Below, one piece after another: positions 34,259 through 35,576 of a stretch of DNA of 35,576 bases. The translations under genes were made by a program, and so were the position numbers. Under the pieces are notes generated by a model. The model saw nothing but the letters and a program-made list of their open reading frames with translations, searched no databases and had not been told where the DNA came from. Numbering within the stretch: position 1 is the stretch's first letter; each line of letters begins with the position of its first letter. The stretch spans positions 1-35,576 of the IMG/VR virus record IMGVR_UViG_3300033122_000198; one strand, written 5' to 3'. The DNA comes from a virus (lineage: Duplodnaviria; Caudoviricetes).

Positions 34259-34373
34259 CGCTTACCGACTCCTTCTCACGCTTGATCAGATTTACATAAG
34301 GCTTCTTCTGTTGTTTGTAAAACTCGTCCCAACGGCCACCCCAGACAGACAATGCTAGTTTTTTATCGGACAT
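34224..34373 (-). CDS. Hypothetical 49-aa protein
   Basis: ATG 34373 with AAGGAG upstream. Confidence 0.5.
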   Translation of the reverse strand: MSDKKLALSVWGGRWDEFYKQQKKPYVNLIKREKESVSDGTEQKARKGQ

Positions 34374-34454
34374 ACTACGACCCGCTCCTTCTTCAATACT
34401 TGTGATTTTTGAAACTAAGAGCACGAGTTTAATCCTTTCCTAGAAAGGGGGCAA

Positions 34455-35576
34455 TTACCTTTTCCCCATCTCTCGCATTACAGCGATATCTTCCTGCGTT
34501 TCGATACGCTCTCTGTTTACTGCCGCACGATCTTCTGCAATCTCTCGTGTAGCTTGCAAACGTTCCTGTGCTTGCTGCGCCTGTTGTGCGAGCTTGGCTT
34601 GATCCAACATAGCGTCAACCTGGTCTTTTTGGGACTTACGCTGCTGGTCAGCAGCCTGTAGCTGAACCTCTGCCTGACGGATACCAACCAACGGATCCTG
34701 CGGATCTTCGGGCATCAAAGCCGGAGCCAGATCAGTTGTTATTTCTGCAACTTTAGCAGCAATCATTGCCTGTATTTGTTCTTCGCCCATTTGTGGCGGC
34801 TGTATCATTTGTGGCGGCATACCAGCAGCAACTTGTTCTTGCACAAATTGTTGCATCTGCTGTTGCAACATCATCTGCACTTCTTCCGCGGCCTTCAATG
34901 AAATACGTTCCTGAATATTGCCAATAACAAAGGACATCACCAACGGATTGTTTTTGATTAGCGGCATTGCCATGAACTGTGTGTGGGCTGCAATGTGGGC
35001 ATCGTGGTTTTGACCCGGGAATGCTTGAATAGGATCGCCCTTCAACAAAGCTGCATGTTCCGCGGCCGGATCCATCGGTTGTGGCTCTGGTTCAGGCTTG
35101 AGTATTGAGTCAACATTCTTGACCTCAAGAGCCTCGTACATACGACGATACGCTTCCCGAAGGTTGTGAACTTCAGGATTGCTCTGTGCAAGCTGAAGCT
35201 GAGTTTGAGCCAACGACATGCGCTGGGCCATAGAGAAGATGTTTGGATCACTGACAGGAAGCACGTCAATACGCTGATCAAAGTCCTGCTCAAAAAGCTC
35301 CGGCGGTACGTTCGTTGCATACGGATATGAATCCACCGTGTCGGATATGATGCCAGCGAGCAAACGAAACTCTTTCTTCTGAGCGTAGTGCATCCGTTTG
35401 TGGATAGCACTCATGACCCGAGAGCCACGTTCCAACAACGCAACAGTTGTGCCTACAGGCATCTGTTGGTTTACATCTTGTATGTTTGCATCAGCAATTG
35501 AGGCGTAGCGGCGACCTGACTCAACAAGCACACCAAGAAGTTGTGCCAGTGTGCCTGACGGCTCCTTATATGGTAA
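34455..35576 (-). CDS. Portal protein, C-terminal part (5' truncated by window)
   Basis: Frame open to the window edge (LPYKEPS..L.QLLG); PVGTT.ALLE.G..VMSAIHKR.H; PVSDPNIFS; Gln-rich coiled-coil barrel as in P22-like portals. Confidence 0.88.
   Translation of the reverse strand, partial: LPYKEPSGTLAQLLGVLVESGRRYASIADANIQDVNQQMPVGTTVALLERGSRVMSAIHKRMHYAQKKEFRLLAGIISDTVDSYPYATNVPPELFEQDFDQRIDVLPVSDPNIFSMAQRMSLAQTQLQLAQSNPEVHNLREAYRRMYEALEVKNVDSILKPEPEPQPMDPAAEHAALLKGDPIQAFPGQNHDAHIAAHTQFMAMPLIKNNPLVMSFVIGNIQERISLKAAEEVQMMLQQQMQQFVQEQVAAGMPPQMIQPPQMGEEQIQAMIAAKVAEITTDLAPALMPEDPQDPLVGIRQAEVQLQAADQQRKSQKDQVDAMLDQAKLAQQAQQAQERLQATREIAEDRAAVNRERIETQEDIAVMREMGKR

Noticed and set aside
34434-34448. 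CCTTTC-TAG-GAAAGG hairpin after the portal gene as a terminator
   Set aside because: Short stem, 3-nt loop and no following U-tract.
1-35576. tRNA genes, integrase/att sites, introns or inteins, recoded stop codons
   Set aside because: None seen by eye. Intergenic gaps are mostly too short, the polymerase and capsid genes are uninterrupted, and TAA, TAG and TGA all end well-packed genes.

Overview
This is most of a podovirus-type (short-tailed) dsDNA bacteriophage genome, probably aquatic. Gene content and order resemble, from memory, the HTVC023P-like/uvMED marine phage group; this needs a search to confirm. There are two convergent arms. The + strand (1-3256) carries the end of a UvrD/SF1 helicase, a family A DNA polymerase (Leu762 type), small ORFs and a 2OG-Fe(II) oxygenase. 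The - strand (35576 to 3186) is one long morphogenesis region. It runs: portal, membrane proteins and holin, GroES, scaffold, capsid decoration, Mu gpT-like major capsid protein with a terminator and a structured leader RNA, a cluster of tiny very basic proteins, two adaptor-like proteins, tail/fibre genes, nozzle, four internal virion proteins, M15A endolysin and an HNH-like nuclease. The most notable points are: (1) an accessory cassette inside the tail region pairing a Gly-X-Y repeat protein with a redox-dead glutaredoxin-like ORF, a DUF6065-like protein, a Coq4-like metalloprotein and a 2OG-Fe(II) hydroxylase; (2) a cluster of small basic ORFs, some missing from the ORF track, one of which shares the capsid N-terminus MAISRxQ; (3) a recurring [FYM]xxGG motif across unrelated probable capsid-internal proteins; (4) an RBS-sequestering RNA element downstream of the capsid gene. 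No tRNA, CRISPR array, integrase or reverse transcriptase was seen. All family assignments come from motif recognition by eye, not database searches.
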